Source: Tannerellaceae bacterium
GTDB lineage: Bacteria > Bacteroidota > Bacteroidia > Bacteroidales > Tannerellaceae
Length of the DNA stretch: 40,635 nt
Assembly: GCA_963648005.1 (NCBI GenBank)
Contig: CAVJCD010000002.1
Coordinates: forward strand, 1 to 40,635
Reading direction: 5' to 3'
Below the pieces are notes generated by a model. It saw only the letters and a list, made by a program, of their open reading frames with translations, was not told the DNA's origin and made no database searches. Below are positions 1 to 10,234 of this stretch, piece after piece; positions within the stretch are counted from its first letter, which is position 1; every line of letters begins with the position of its first letter. The position numbers and the translations under genes are program-made.

Positions 1-54
1 GTCTCAAACACCAGTGGATTCACTTCCATGCCGGTTCGATCCCGGCTCTGGGTA
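1..54 (+). tRNA. tRNA-Leu(CAA), 3' part (5' end lies outside the window)
   Basis: Anticodon loop CT-CAA-AC (anticodon 5-7), long variable arm TGGA-TTCACT-TCCA, T-arm GCCGG-TTCGATC-CCGGC (30-46), acceptor strand TCTGGGT and discriminator A54. CCA is not encoded. Confidence 0.93.
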
Positions 55-58
55 CTGA

Positions 59-101
59 GAAGACGGCTGAAGGTTATTAAACTTTCGGTCGTTTTTCATT
101 T
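59..101 (+). terminator. Intrinsic terminator after tRNA-Leu
   Basis: GAAGACGGCTGAAGGT / ACTTTCGGTCGTTTTT form a ~16-bp stem with G-U pairs and a T-rich tail. Confidence 0.7.
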
Positions 102-135
102 CTTAGGGTGTCTAATTCAAGTAAGTTTAAGCAGC

Positions 136-2124
136 ATGATAAAACGGAATTATTGTCTTTTATTTCTTTTATGGCTTGGTTGCCTCTCAATGACGGCTGC
201 CAACCGATGGGCGGTTAACGAATCCGGCGGCATTACCTGGCAGGTAGACGGACAAATCCCGCACAAGGACCACATTGAGATGAGTGGGGCGAGGGTGTCA
301 ACCGTACTTCGATGGGGAGTGGATGCCGACGGAGCCTTTACGCTGAACAGAGGAATGGTGTGGCCCATGCTCCGTACGATACCGAACAACACGCACGCAA
401 GCTTGATGCGCAAGTTCGCTTGGGATGTGACGGACATGATAGAGGTAAACGGGAATTCGCTACCCAAGGAGAAGGTGAAGACGATTTCGTTGAATGGAAT
501 GATGGTTGTTGAGAGCGAGTATACGTTCTATCAGAAAAGAAAACTCGGCTTGACGCGTATCCTCTTCCCTTCCGTTTCCAACCCTGCTTTTTGTGAGAAA
601 TATATCCTTAAGAATATAGGAGAGGGTGATATGATGGTGGAGATACCCTCATCGCGTTCGGTGATGCAGACAGATGCCAAGAACGGAGTGGATGGTTGTT
701 ATAGATTGATTTCCACTCTCAGCGGACAGACGGCTCGCCTTCTGAAGCCGGGCGAAGAACTGACCTTCAGCGTAACCATTGCCGGATACAAACAAAGCGA
801 AAGCGAGATAACGTTTGATATCGACAAGGAGTTGCAGGCTCGTAAAGACTTGATTGCACAGTTCTGCAGCAATCTGATTCTAGATACGCCCAACCCTGTT
901 ATTAACACCCTGTTTGCTTTCTCAAAGATTCGTACCTCGGAGAGCATCTACGACACCAAGGGTGGTCCGATGCATGGCCCCGGTGGAGAATCCTATTATG
1001 CTGCCATTTGGGCAAACGACCAAGCAGAATATACCAACCCCTTCTTCCCATATTTGGGATACGAAAAAGGGAACCGCTCGGCTATGTGCTCGTTTGAGCA
1101 TTTTGCCCGTTTCATGAATCCGGAATACAAGGCAATCCCCAGCTCGATTATAGCTGAGGGCATTGACATCTGGGCTGGGGCAGGTGACCGTGGCGACGCA
1201 GCGATGATTGCCTATGGCGCTTCGCGCTATGCTCTCGCAAGGGGCGATAGGGCAGAGGCTGAGAAGCTGTGGCCACTCATTGAATGGTGCCTTGAATATT
1301 GTCACCGCAATCTCAACGAGAGTGGAGTGGTGAAATCCGATACAGATGAATTGGAAGGACGTTTCCCGGCAGGTAAGGCCAATCTATGTACCTCAACATT
1401 ATATTACGACGCTTTGATTTCGGCAGGTTATTTGGGAAAGGAACTGGGTAAGTCTACCGGTGTGTATGCCCGTCAGGCTGCTACAATGAGAAAGAATATT
1501 GACAAATATTTTGGTGGCATGGTTGAAGAATTCAATACTTACAAGCACTACGAGGGTAACGACGTCTTGCGTTCTTGGATTTGTATGCCTCTCACGATGG
1601 GTATTTACGACCGCAAAGAAGCAACTGCCAATGCATTGTTCTCTCCGCGCTTGTGGACCAAGAATGGATTGTTGACCCAGGCAGGAAGTAAAACGTTTTG
1701 GGACCGCTCCACACTCTATGCTCTGCGCGGCGTGTTTGCTTGCGGCGAAACGGAGAAGGCTTTAGAGCATATGAAGCTATATTCTACCGAGCGTCTGCTT
1801 GGTGAGCATGTGCCCTACGCCATTGAGGCTTGGCCGGAAGGTAGCCAGCGTCAGTTGGCAGCCGAGAGTGCCTTGTATTGCCGCATCATCACGGAAGGAA
1901 TTTTCGGAATGCGTCCCATGGGAATGCGTTCGTTTGTCTTCACCCCTCGACTGCCGCAAGAATGGGACCACATGAACTTGCATCGGGTATGTGCATACGG
2001 CAATGTTTTCGATATTGAGGTGAAACGCCTCAGTGGAAAATTGCAGGTGGCTGTCATCAGTGATGGGAAAACCATTTGTAGCCGTAAAATCAAAGACGGC
2101 GAAAGTGTCAAGGTAAAATTCTAA
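136..2124 (+). CDS. Secreted six-hairpin (alpha/alpha)6 glycosidase-like protein, family unassigned
   Basis: ATG136 gives a signal peptide (MIKRNYCLLFLLWLGCLSMTAA); the ORF-track start at 28 lies inside the tRNA. The C-terminal half is helical with acidic/aromatic motifs (AIWANDQAEY, GDRGDAAM, SDTDELEGRF) and ends in a beta-rich tail. Confidence 0.7.
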   Translation: MIKRNYCLLFLLWLGCLSMTAANRWAVNESGGITWQVDGQIPHKDHIEMSGARVSTVLRWGVDADGAFTLNRGMVWPMLRTIPNNTHASLMRKFAWDVTDMIEVNGNSLPKEKVKTISLNGMMVVESEYTFYQKRKLGLTRILFPSVSNPAFCEKYILKNIGEGDMMVEIPSSRSVMQTDAKNGVDGCYRLISTLSGQTARLLKPGEELTFSVTIAGYKQSESEITFDIDKELQARKDLIAQFCSNLILDTPNPVINTLFAFSKIRTSESIYDTKGGPMHGPGGESYYAAIWANDQAEYTNPFFPYLGYEKGNRSAMCSFEHFARFMNPEYKAIPSSIIAEGIDIWAGAGDRGDAAMIAYGASRYALARGDRAEAEKLWPLIEWCLEYCHRNLNESGVVKSDTDELEGRFPAGKANLCTSTLYYDALISAGYLGKELGKSTGVYARQAATMRKNIDKYFGGMVEEFNTYKHYEGNDVLRSWICMPLTMGIYDRKEATANALFSPRLWTKNGLLTQAGSKTFWDRSTLYALRGVFACGETEKALEHMKLYSTERLLGEHVPYAIEAWPEGSQRQLAAESALYCRIITEGIFGMRPMGMRSFVFTPRLPQEWDHMNLHRVCAYGNVFDIEVKRLSGKLQVAVISDGKTICSRKIKDGESVKVKF

Positions 2125-2158
2125 ACATCACTTCGAAGGGGCAGACCCTACGAAAAAT

Positions 2159-2221
2159 ACAGGGAAGTCGACTTTCTACCTTCGCTGAGGCTCAGCGGGA
2201 CCGGAAAGTGGACTTTCCTGT
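2159..2221. repeat. Long nested inverted repeat (hairpin) between the glycosidase gene and leuS
   Basis: ACAGGGAAGTCGACTTTC (2159-2176) matches GAAAGTGGACTTTCCTGT (2204-2221) at 16/18. Inner palindrome CGCTGAG-G-CTCAGCG at 2183-2197. Confidence 0.8.
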
Positions 2222-2252
2222 CTTGAAGGAAACCCCGTGAATCAAAAATAAC

Positions 2253-2260
2253 TAATTTTG
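2253..2260 (+). promoter_or_regulatory. Bacteroidetes -7 promoter element for leuS
   Basis: TAATTTTG matches TAnnTTTG, 31 nt upstream of the ATG. Confidence 0.6.
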
Positions 2261-2291
2261 TGGCTCTAAATCGAAAAAACGAGAAGACATT

Positions 2292-5129
2292 ATGGAATAC
2301 AATTTCAGAGAAATCGAGAAGAAATGGCACGAACGTTGGATTGCCGATGAAGTTTACAAGGTGAAGGAAAATAAGGATAAGCCCAAGTACTACGTATTGG
2401 ATATGTTTCCTTACCCCTCCGGAGCCGGGTTGCATGTTGGTCATCCGCTCGGTTACATCGCCTCTGATATTTATTCCCGTTACAAACGTTTGCAGGGATT
2501 CAACGTTCTGCACCCGATGGGATACGATGCCTATGGTCTTCCGGCAGAGCAGTATGCCATTCAGACGGGGCAGCATCCCGAGGTGACGACCCGTCAGAAC
2601 ATTGCTCGCTATCGTGAGCAGATGGACAAGATTGGGTTTAGCTACGATTGGAGTCGCGAGCTTCGCACCTGCGACCCGGAATACTATCACTGGACGCAGT
2701 GGGCATTCATCAAGATGTTCGGTAGCTACTATTGCAATAAGGCAAAGAAGGCGTTGCCTATTGAAAATCTTGTCAAGGCATTCGAGGCAAACGGTACCGA
2801 AGGTTTGGATGTTGCCTGCAGCGAAGAACTGGAGTTTACTGCCGAAGAATGGAAGGCCAAGAGTGAGAAGGAAAAGCAAGAGATATTGTTGAATTACCGC
2901 ATAGCTTATCGTGGCGAAACGATAGTGAATTGGTGCCCCGAATTGGGAACAGTGTTGGCAAACGATGAGGTTGTGAACGGCGTGTCCGTGCGTGGCGGCT
3001 TTGCAGTGGAACAAAAGATGATGCGCCAGTGGTGTTTGCGTGTGTCGGCATATGCACAGCGTTTGTTGGACGGATTGGACACAATTGACTGGACTGATTC
3101 GCTGAAAGATACACAGAGAAATTGGATTGGTCGCAGCGAAGGAGCTGAGATACGGTTTAAGGTGAAGGACAGTGATATGGAGTTTACCATCTTCACTACC
3201 CGTGCAGATACCATGTTTGGAGTAACCTTCATGGTGCTTGCTCCTGAGAGCGAGCTTGTTGCCCGGCTTGTTACCCCAGAGCAGAAGCAGGAAGTGGATG
3301 CGTATCTCGACCGCACCAAAAAACGTACGGAGCGTGAACGTATTGCCGACCGTAGTGTGACAGGTGTGTTCAGTGGCTCGTATGCCATCAATCCTTTCAC
3401 GGGTGATGCAGTGCCCATTTGGATTAGCGACTATGTATTGTCTGGCTACGGTACGGGGGCTATCATGGCTGTGCCGGCACACGACAGTCGCGATTATGCC
3501 TTTGCCCGTCATTTCAATCTGCCTATCGTCCCACTTATTGAGGGCTGCGATGTGAGCGAGGAGAGTTTTGATGCCAAGGAAGGTATCGTTTGCAATTCTC
3601 CGCGACAGGGAGCAAAACCTTACTGCGGCCTCTCGTTGAATGGCTTGACAGTGAAGGAGGCCATTGCCGCCACCAAGAAGTATGTGTCGGAGCACCATCT
3701 CGGACGCGTGAAAGTAAACTACCGCCTGCGCGACGCAATCTTCAGTCGCCAACGTTATTGGGGTGAGCCGTTCCCCGTTTACTATGATGCCGACGGGCTG
3801 CCAAAGATGTTGCCCCTCGAGGCATTGCCGTTGCAACTGCCGGAAGTGGATAAGTTCTTGCCCACAGCCACGGGCGAGCCTCCTTTGGGAAATGCTACCA
3901 AGTGGGCATGGGATTCCGTCAACAACAAGGTGGTTGAAACATCTAAGATAGACCATAAGACAGTATTTCCTTTGGAGCTTTGCACGATGCCGGGTTTTGC
4001 CGGCTCTTCGGCATATTATCTGCGCTATATGGACCCACGCAACCACAAGGCTTTGGTGGATAAAGACGTGGACGAATATTGGCGCAATGTGGACCTCTAT
4101 ATCGGCGGTACCGAGCATGCCACCGGCCACCTTATATATAGTCGCTTTTGGAACAAGTTTCTCTATGATATGGGCATTGTATGCGAAGAAGAGCCGTTCC
4201 ACAAGCTAATCAATCAGGGAATGATTCAGGGACGTTCAAACTTTGTATACCGAATAAAAGACACCAACACATTTGTGTCGCTGAACTTGAAAGACAAGTA
4301 TGATGTGACTCCTATCCATGTGGATGTAAATATCGTGTCGGGCGACGTCCTAGATGTGGATGCCTTCAAGAAGTGGCGCCCGGAATACAACAATGCAGAG
4401 TTTATTCTTGAGGACGGCAAGTACGTCTGCGGATGGGCTATCGAGAAGATGTCGAAATCGATGTTCAACGTGGTTAACCCGGATATGATTGTTGAGAGAT
4501 ATGGTGCCGACACCTTGCGACTGTATGAAATGTTCTTGGGACCGTTGGAGCAATCCAAACCCTGGGACACAAATGGTATCGACGGTGTGCACCGTTTCCT
4601 GAAAAAACTTTGGACGCTGTTCTACGGGAATGCCGACAGTTTGCAGGTAACAGACGAGGTTCCTTCGGCTGAGGAGTTGAAGTCGCTTCACAAGTTGATA
4701 AAGAAGGTGACCTTCGACATCGAGCATTTCTCATACAACACTTCCATCAGTGCGTTCATGATTTGTGTGAACGAGCTGAGTGGTTTGAAGTGTAATAAGC
4801 GCGCTATCTTGGAGCAATTGATTGTGCTCTTAACCCCGTTTGCGCCTCATGTGTCAGAAGAGTTGTGGCACGAATGTGGTCACACCATGATGGTATGTGA
4901 TGCCTCTTGGCCCAAGTACAACGAGGAATATCTGAAGGAGAACACGGTGACCTACGCCATCTCGTTCAACGGAAAGGCCCGCTTTAGCATGGAACTTCCG
5001 GCTGATATGTCGCGTGAGGAGGTTGAGAAGGCTGCTCTTGCTCACGAGAGTTCCTCCAAGTGGATTAGCGGCAAGACTCCCAAGAAGGTTATTGTTGTTC
5101 CGGGTAAGATTGTAAATATCGTCATCTGA
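2292..5129 (+). CDS. leuS: Leucine--tRNA ligase
   Basis: [14 protein letters not shown] (HIGH), KMSKS, CP1 editing motifs FTTRADT and [19 protein letters not shown]; 945 aa. Confidence 0.98.
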   Translation: MEYNFREIEKKWHERWIADEVYKVKENKDKPKYYVLDMFPYPSGAGLHVGHPLGYIASDIYSRYKRLQGFNVLHPMGYDAYGLPAEQYAIQTGQHPEVTTRQNIARYREQMDKIGFSYDWSRELRTCDPEYYHWTQWAFIKMFGSYYCNKAKKALPIENLVKAFEANGTEGLDVACSEELEFTAEEWKAKSEKEKQEILLNYRIAYRGETIVNWCPELGTVLANDEVVNGVSVRGGFAVEQKMMRQWCLRVSAYAQRLLDGLDTIDWTDSLKDTQRNWIGRSEGAEIRFKVKDSDMEFTIFTTRADTMFGVTFMVLAPESELVARLVTPEQKQEVDAYLDRTKKRTERERIADRSVTGVFSGSYAINPFTGDAVPIWISDYVLSGYGTGAIMAVPAHDSRDYAFARHFNLPIVPLIEGCDVSEESFDAKEGIVCNSPRQGAKPYCGLSLNGLTVKEAIAATKKYVSEHHLGRVKVNYRLRDAIFSRQRYWGEPFPVYYDADGLPKMLPLEALPLQLPEVDKFLPTATGEPPLGNATKWAWDSVNNKVVETSKIDHKTVFPLELCTMPGFAGSSAYYLRYMDPRNHKALVDKDVDEYWRNVDLYIGGTEHATGHLIYSRFWNKFLYDMGIVCEEEPFHKLINQGMIQGRSNFVYRIKDTNTFVSLNLKDKYDVTPIHVDVNIVSGDVLDVDAFKKWRPEYNNAEFILEDGKYVCGWAIEKMSKSMFNVVNPDMIVERYGADTLRLYEMFLGPLEQSKPWDTNGIDGVHRFLKKLWTLFYGNADSLQVTDEVPSAEELKSLHKLIKKVTFDIEHFSYNTSISAFMICVNELSGLKCNKRAILEQLIVLLTPFAPHVSEELWHECGHTMMVCDASWPKYNEEYLKENTVTYAISFNGKARFSMELPADMSREEVEKAALAHESSSKWISGKTPKKVIVVPGKIVNIVI

Positions 5130-6010
5130 TGAAAGCAAACAAAACCGATACGATTTATGATATCATAAAGGATTATCTGGCCATCTTCTTGGGAACTCTG
5201 TTGTATGGTTTCAGTTTCAATGCCTTTATTCTATCGAACGGAATCGTCACAGGTGGTGTGAGCGGTATCTGTGCATTGATATTCTTTGCCACAGGTGGTG
5301 CAATACCGGTGTCGGTCTCATACCTTGTCATCAACGTGGGTCTGTTGTTGGTCGCGTTGAAGATTTTGGGGTCGAGGTTTCTTATAAAGACCGTCTTCGG
5401 AGTGTTCTCGCTTTCCGCCTCATTGTCGTTCTTCGAAAAGTTGCTGGAGGACAATCCTATTCTTCAGGACCAAACGTTTATGGCGATAATGATTGGTGCG
5501 CTCCTCTGTGGTGCCGGACTGGGGCTTGTATTCTCGGCGAACGGAAGTACCGGAGGTACGGATATTATCGGGGCAATCATCAACAAGTATAAGAACATCT
5601 CCATCGGACGTGCCTTGTTGTTTTGTGACTTCGTCATCATCAGTTCCTCTTATCTTCTTTTCCACAACATCGACAAGATTGTTTTCGGATTTGCCGAGAT
5701 GATTGTCTGCAACTATATCCTCGATATGGTGCTGAACGGAAACCGCCAATCGGTACAGTTCCTCATCTTCTCGCAGAAATACGAGGAGATAGCCGATAGG
5801 ATTATCCACGACTTGAATCGTGGGTGTACCATCTTGGATGGTACGGGAGGCTTCTCGCACAAGCCGGTGAAGGTGGTTGTCCTTTTGGCAAAGAAGTCGG
5901 AATCGATATCCATCTTCCGTTTGGTGAAAAAGATAGACAACCAAGCGTTTATTTCGCAGAGCATTGTTCGTGGTGTCTACGGAGAGGGATTCGATCAGAT
6001 AAAAACATAA
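5129..6010 (+). CDS. YitT family membrane protein (C-terminal DUF2179)
   Basis: Multiple TM segments, GGVSG and GSTGGTD motifs, C-terminal RGCT...G and VRGVYGEGF. Start overlaps the leuS stop (TGATG). Confidence 0.9.
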   Translation: MKANKTDTIYDIIKDYLAIFLGTLLYGFSFNAFILSNGIVTGGVSGICALIFFATGGAIPVSVSYLVINVGLLLVALKILGSRFLIKTVFGVFSLSASLSFFEKLLEDNPILQDQTFMAIMIGALLCGAGLGLVFSANGSTGGTDIIGAIINKYKNISIGRALLFCDFVIISSSYLLFHNIDKIVFGFAEMIVCNYILDMVLNGNRQSVQFLIFSQKYEEIADRIIHDLNRGCTILDGTGGFSHKPVKVVVLLAKKSESISIFRLVKKIDNQAFISQSIVRGVYGEGFDQIKT

Positions 6011-6031
6011 ACCTGGGAGGTTTGAACAATT

Positions 6032-6080
6032 AAAAGCACTTCTATGCGTTATACATCTCGTATGGGAGTGCTTTTTATTT
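6032..6080 (+). terminator. Intrinsic terminator after leuS-yitT
   Basis: AAAAGCACTTCTATGCG / CGTATGGGAGTGCTTTT form a 17-bp stem with G-U pairs, followed by a T-rich tract. Confidence 0.75.
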
Positions 6081-6099
6081 ATCAGATAATTCACGCATC

Positions 6100-6681
6100 A
6101 TGAAACTCGTATTTGCTACAAACAATCCCCACAAGTTGGATGAGGTACGTAAGATAACAGCCGGAAGAGCAGAGATAGTAAGCCTGGCAGACATAGGTTG
6201 CCACGACGATATCCCTGAGACGGGAGAGACATTGAAGGACAACGCCCTTCAGAAGGCGCGCTACGTTAAGGAGAAGTTCGGCTACGATTGTTTTGCCGAC
6301 GATACGGGCCTTGAGGTGGAGGCTCTGAATAACGCTCCCGGAGTCTATTCTGCGCGGTATGCCAGCGTAGCGCACGATTCGGAGGCAAACATGCGGAAGC
6401 TTCTCTTGGAGATGTGCGACAAGGAAAACCGTAAGGCCCGTTTCCGCACGGTCATAGCTCTCATTCTCGATGGCAAGGAGTATCTCTTTGAGGGTATTGT
6501 TAACGGACAAATAACAAAGGAGAAACGCGGGGCTTGTGGATTCGGATACGACCCGATATTCATGCCAGACAATCATATGGAGACCTTTGCCGAGATGGGC
6601 GATGAGGCAAAGAATGCCATCAGCCACCGTGCCGAGGCTGTGAAGAAGTTGAGTGTTTTCTTATCCACATTATCAGAATAA
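6100..6681 (+). CDS. rdgB: Non-canonical purine NTP pyrophosphatase (RdgB/HAM1)
   Basis: [30 protein letters not shown] and ISHR motifs. Confidence 0.96.
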   Translation: MKLVFATNNPHKLDEVRKITAGRAEIVSLADIGCHDDIPETGETLKDNALQKARYVKEKFGYDCFADDTGLEVEALNNAPGVYSARYASVAHDSEANMRKLLLEMCDKENRKARFRTVIALILDGKEYLFEGIVNGQITKEKRGACGFGYDPIFMPDNHMETFAEMGDEAKNAISHRAEAVKKLSVFLSTLSE

Positions 6682-6684
6682 ATC

Positions 6685-9006
6685 ATGAAAAGAACGTTGT
6701 ATACTCTTATGCTCCTCTGCGTGGCTGTCTCCTACGTCGCTGCACAGAAAAGCGTGGGGCAATGGAGCAGTTATTTGGCTTACTACGAAACAACCCAGGT
6801 GGCAGAGGCGGGTAACTGTGTGTATGCCGTGGCAAACGGCTCGCTCTATAGCTATGGTAAGGAAGACAACAGCCTTGTATACTACTCAAGGCAGACGGGG
6901 CTTAGTGACGGCGACATAAGTCACATCAGCTACAATCCCAATGCGGCGAAGCTGCTTATTACCTATAGCAATGGTAACATCGATTTGTTGGACGATAGCG
7001 GCGTATATAATCTCTCTTATCTCTTGGACAATTCGGGGGTGACAGACAAGACCATCAATAGTGTCACTCTATATAATGAATATGCTTATCTCTCCACCAA
7101 CTTTGGCGTCATTGTCTTGAATATGGAAAAGAGGGAGATAAAAGACACCTACAAACTTAACGACAAAGTATATTCCGTTGCCATAGACGGCGAGAACATC
7201 TACGCAGCCACATCCACCTTGGGATTGATATACGCGCCACTGAACAGTAACCTGCTCGACTACAACGTGTGGAAAACCTCCCCCTTGTCTTCGAGCGAGA
7301 TTCTTAAGGGCAGCGTCTCGAGGATAGGTTTCTTTGGCCAGAACCTCTGTCTTTTGACCGATAAGGGCATATATTATAAAGGTGCCGACGGCATGGTGAA
7401 GAGCCTTTTGAAGAACAGTAGTCTGAAGGGGCTGACAATCCAAAACGGCAAGCTGATGGCCCATACCTCATCCGAACTCTACATCTATTCCTCTCTGACG
7501 GATAGAGACGTGGTGAAGGCAGGGACGGTGAACGGTGTCTCCTCCTTGAAGGGCGAGGACACATATTGGATAGCTGCGGGGACGAGCGGAATAAAGGGTG
7601 TGAAGAAGAGCAGCTCCGGCTACGAGACCATAGTGGAGAGCACGGGCGACAACACTGCCTACCCGAAACGAAACTACAACTACTACATGACAACCTATGG
7701 GAACAAACTGCTTGTTGTAGGTGGTGGGCGCTGGACAAACCGTTGGGGGCGCCCCGGCACATTCATGGAATATGAAGACGGCAAGTGGTTCAACTTCGAC
7801 GAGAACACGATAAACAAGAACCCCGGTGCCAACGAGAGCAATCAGTTCAGACGTTTTTGGGACTATACGGGCGTGGTAATCGACCCGAAAGACCCCACGC
7901 GCTACTTCATCTCGTCATACGGCGAAGGTGTCGTAGAGCTTAAAGACAAGGAACCCGTGCAGCTCTATAACCATACGAACAGCGAACTGGATTATATCCT
8001 GCCCTCCAGTCCATACAACTACATACGTGTTGGCGGCATCACATTTGATGCTGATGGCAACCTGTGGATGACCAACTGTGAGGTGGAGTCCGTCCTTAAG
8101 GTCCTCAAGACCGACGGCACATGGAAGCGCTTCACGTTTAACGGCTACAAGAATGTGTCCATGGCAGACAAGATAACCATCACGTCGAACGGGTATAAGT
8201 GGATAAACAGTCCCTATGGCTCTGTGCGTGGACTCTTTGTGCTCAACGACAATGGCACCATCGACGATGAGGGCGACGACGAGTATCATTTATATAGCAC
8301 CTTCTCCGACACCAACGGCAACATCGATGTCAGTGGCTACTATTGCGTGACGGAAGACAAGGAGGGGCAGGTGTGGATTGGTACCAACCGTGGACCTATC
8401 ATCTGCACAAGCTATCGCGACATTAATAGCATTAAGTGCTCGCGTATCATCCGGACTAACGACGACGGTGAATCGTACTACCTCTTGGACGGCGAGCAGA
8501 TAAATGCCATTGCCGTGGACGGGGGTAACCGCAAGTGGATTGCCACAAACTCATCCGGAGTGTTCCTCGTAAGCGACGACGGTATGGAAACCATTGCCAA
8601 CTTCACGACAGAGAACTCGCCTCTCCCTTCCAACCAGATAAATTCTTTGGCAATAAACCAAATCACCGGTGAGGTGTTCATCGGCACGGAGAAGGGGCTT
8701 GTTTCCTACATGGGCGATGCCACCGAAGGCCGCGAGGACTATTCCAATGTATATGCCTACCCCAATCCAGTGAGACCGGAACATGGTGACAAGGTGACCA
8801 TCGTTGGGCTTATGGATGAATCCAATGTCAAGATAACCGACATAAGAGGCAACATCATCTACCAAGGCAAGTCTGCCGGCGGCACGTTCTCGTGGAACTG
8901 CTGCAAAAGAGGTGGTGGGCGCGTGGCAACGGGTGTCTACCTCGTACTTTCTGCCACTCCAGAGGCCAAGGAGAGTGTTGTCACAAAAATCATGGTGGTA
9001 AAGTAG
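6685..9006 (+). CDS. porZ: PorZ-like beta-propeller protein with T9SS C-terminal domain
   Basis: Signal peptide, propeller repeats (DADGNLW, DKEGQVW, DGGNRKW), CTD YAYPNPVRP...GVYLV...TKIMVVK; 773 aa. Confidence 0.85.
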   Translation: MKRTLYTLMLLCVAVSYVAAQKSVGQWSSYLAYYETTQVAEAGNCVYAVANGSLYSYGKEDNSLVYYSRQTGLSDGDISHISYNPNAAKLLITYSNGNIDLLDDSGVYNLSYLLDNSGVTDKTINSVTLYNEYAYLSTNFGVIVLNMEKREIKDTYKLNDKVYSVAIDGENIYAATSTLGLIYAPLNSNLLDYNVWKTSPLSSSEILKGSVSRIGFFGQNLCLLTDKGIYYKGADGMVKSLLKNSSLKGLTIQNGKLMAHTSSELYIYSSLTDRDVVKAGTVNGVSSLKGEDTYWIAAGTSGIKGVKKSSSGYETIVESTGDNTAYPKRNYNYYMTTYGNKLLVVGGGRWTNRWGRPGTFMEYEDGKWFNFDENTINKNPGANESNQFRRFWDYTGVVIDPKDPTRYFISSYGEGVVELKDKEPVQLYNHTNSELDYILPSSPYNYIRVGGITFDADGNLWMTNCEVESVLKVLKTDGTWKRFTFNGYKNVSMADKITITSNGYKWINSPYGSVRGLFVLNDNGTIDDEGDDEYHLYSTFSDTNGNIDVSGYYCVTEDKEGQVWIGTNRGPIICTSYRDINSIKCSRIIRTNDDGESYYLLDGEQINAIAVDGGNRKWIATNSSGVFLVSDDGMETIANFTTENSPLPSNQINSLAINQITGEVFIGTEKGLVSYMGDATEGREDYSNVYAYPNPVRPEHGDKVTIVGLMDESNVKITDIRGNIIYQGKSAGGTFSWNCCKRGGGRVATGVYLVLSATPEAKESVVTKIMVVK

Positions 9007-9036
9007 CCGGGCAGATAACATGAACATTAAAACGAA

Positions 9037-9402
9037 ATGGCGGAAAAGAATGAATTGGGGAAAGAGGGCGAACTGATGGCGCGCGACTATTTGCTTCGCC
9101 GGGGCTATGCCATTTTGCATACAAACTGGAGGTGGCATCACTATGAGTTGGATATCGTTGCCCGCCAGGAGCAGAAACTGGTTGTCGTGGAGGTGAAGAC
9201 GCGCTCTGAGGACTTCCTCCTCTCGCCCGAAGAAGCCGTCGACCAGAAGAAGATAAAACGTATAGTGGCTGCCGCGGATGCCTACATCAATCGTTTCAAC
9301 ATCGAAATGCCGGTGCGCTTCGACATCATCACTATTATAAAAGGAAAGGACGGGTATAAAATTGAGCATCTCGACGACGCCTTTTATGCCCCCTGTCGAT
9401 AA
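9037..9402 (+). CDS. YraN family (UPF0102) protein
   Basis: LGKEGE...NWR...ELDIVA...VEVKTR...RFDII pattern. Confidence 0.92.
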   Translation: MAEKNELGKEGELMARDYLLRRGYAILHTNWRWHHYELDIVARQEQKLVVVEVKTRSEDFLLSPEEAVDQKKIKRIVAAADAYINRFNIEMPVRFDIITIIKGKDGYKIEHLDDAFYAPCR

Positions 9403-9419
9403 GAGAAGAAGAATTAGTT

Positions 9420-10172
9420 ATGAAGAAAGATGAAGATATGCCGCAGATAATCCGCCTAAGGGAGACAGCCTCCACCAACAGCTATCTCCGCGAGGCGGCA
9501 GAGAGGGAACAGCTCGCGGAGGAGAGCCTTGTTGTTGCAGAGTTTCAGACAGCCGGGAGAGGTCAGGCGGGCAACTCATGGGAGTCAGAAGGAGGGCGAA
9601 ACCTCGTGTTCAGCCTCGTTCTCTATCCCCACTTTCTTCCCGTTAACCGTCAATTCCTTATTTCCCAGATAACGGCCTTGAGCGTGAAGGAGACCTTGGA
9701 GGAATACGTGGATGGTGTGACGGTAAAGTGGCCCAACGATATCTATAGACACGAGGGCAAGATATGTGGTATGCTGATTGAGAACGACCTCTCGGGCAAG
9801 GAGCTCCATCGTTCTGTGATTGGTATTGGCATAAACATCAACCAACGGGTATTTCTCTCCGATGCCCCGAACCCCGTGTCGTTGGCTCAGATAACTGACC
9901 GGGAATATGACCGTGACGAAATCCTAAGGAAGTTTCGCCAACGTTTCCACCAACGTTATACCGACCTCATCCAAGGGCACGAATCCGACATACAAAGAGA
10001 CTACATGAAGGCCCTCTATCGCCGTGACGGATTTTATCCCTATAGCGACGAAGGGGGATGGTTTGAGGCACGCATCAAAGACGTGGAACCAACCGGACAT
10101 CTGCTTCTTGAACTTCGCGATGGAGAACTGAGAAGATATGCCTTCAAGGAAGTGTCCTTTGTGAACAACTAA
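9420..10172 (+). CDS. birA: Biotin--[acetyl-CoA-carboxylase] ligase without an N-terminal HTH
   Basis: STNSYL, QTAGRGQ, KWPND, KICGML and GIGININQ motifs. The start could also be 9438. Confidence 0.93.
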   Translation: MKKDEDMPQIIRLRETASTNSYLREAAEREQLAEESLVVAEFQTAGRGQAGNSWESEGGRNLVFSLVLYPHFLPVNRQFLISQITALSVKETLEEYVDGVTVKWPNDIYRHEGKICGMLIENDLSGKELHRSVIGIGININQRVFLSDAPNPVSLAQITDREYDRDEILRKFRQRFHQRYTDLIQGHESDIQRDYMKALYRRDGFYPYSDEGGWFEARIKDVEPTGHLLLELRDGELRRYAFKEVSFVNN

Positions 10173-10177
10173 CGGGC

Positions 10178-10216
10178 AAAAAAAATTCCCCGAACGAATT
10201 ACTCGTTGGGGGAATT
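10178..10216 (-). terminator. Terminator between convergent birA and hsp20 (U-tract on the minus strand)
   Basis: AATTCCCCGAACGA / TCGTTGGGGGAATT stem, preceded by A8 on the plus strand. Confidence 0.75.
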
Positions 10217-10234
10217 CTCTATTTAGCTACAAGG

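Noticed and set aside
28..135. N-terminal extension of the first ORF in the ORF track
   Set aside because: It overlaps the tRNA T-arm and terminator, and ATG136 gives a proper signal peptide.
1..2221. Integrative element at tRNA-Leu
   Set aside because: There is no integrase, and I saw no duplicated tRNA 3' end (att site) in the window.
2125..2291. T-box riboswitch ahead of leuS
   Set aside because: There is no T-box motif, the hairpin lies upstream of the predicted promoter, and T-boxes are not typical of Bacteroidota.
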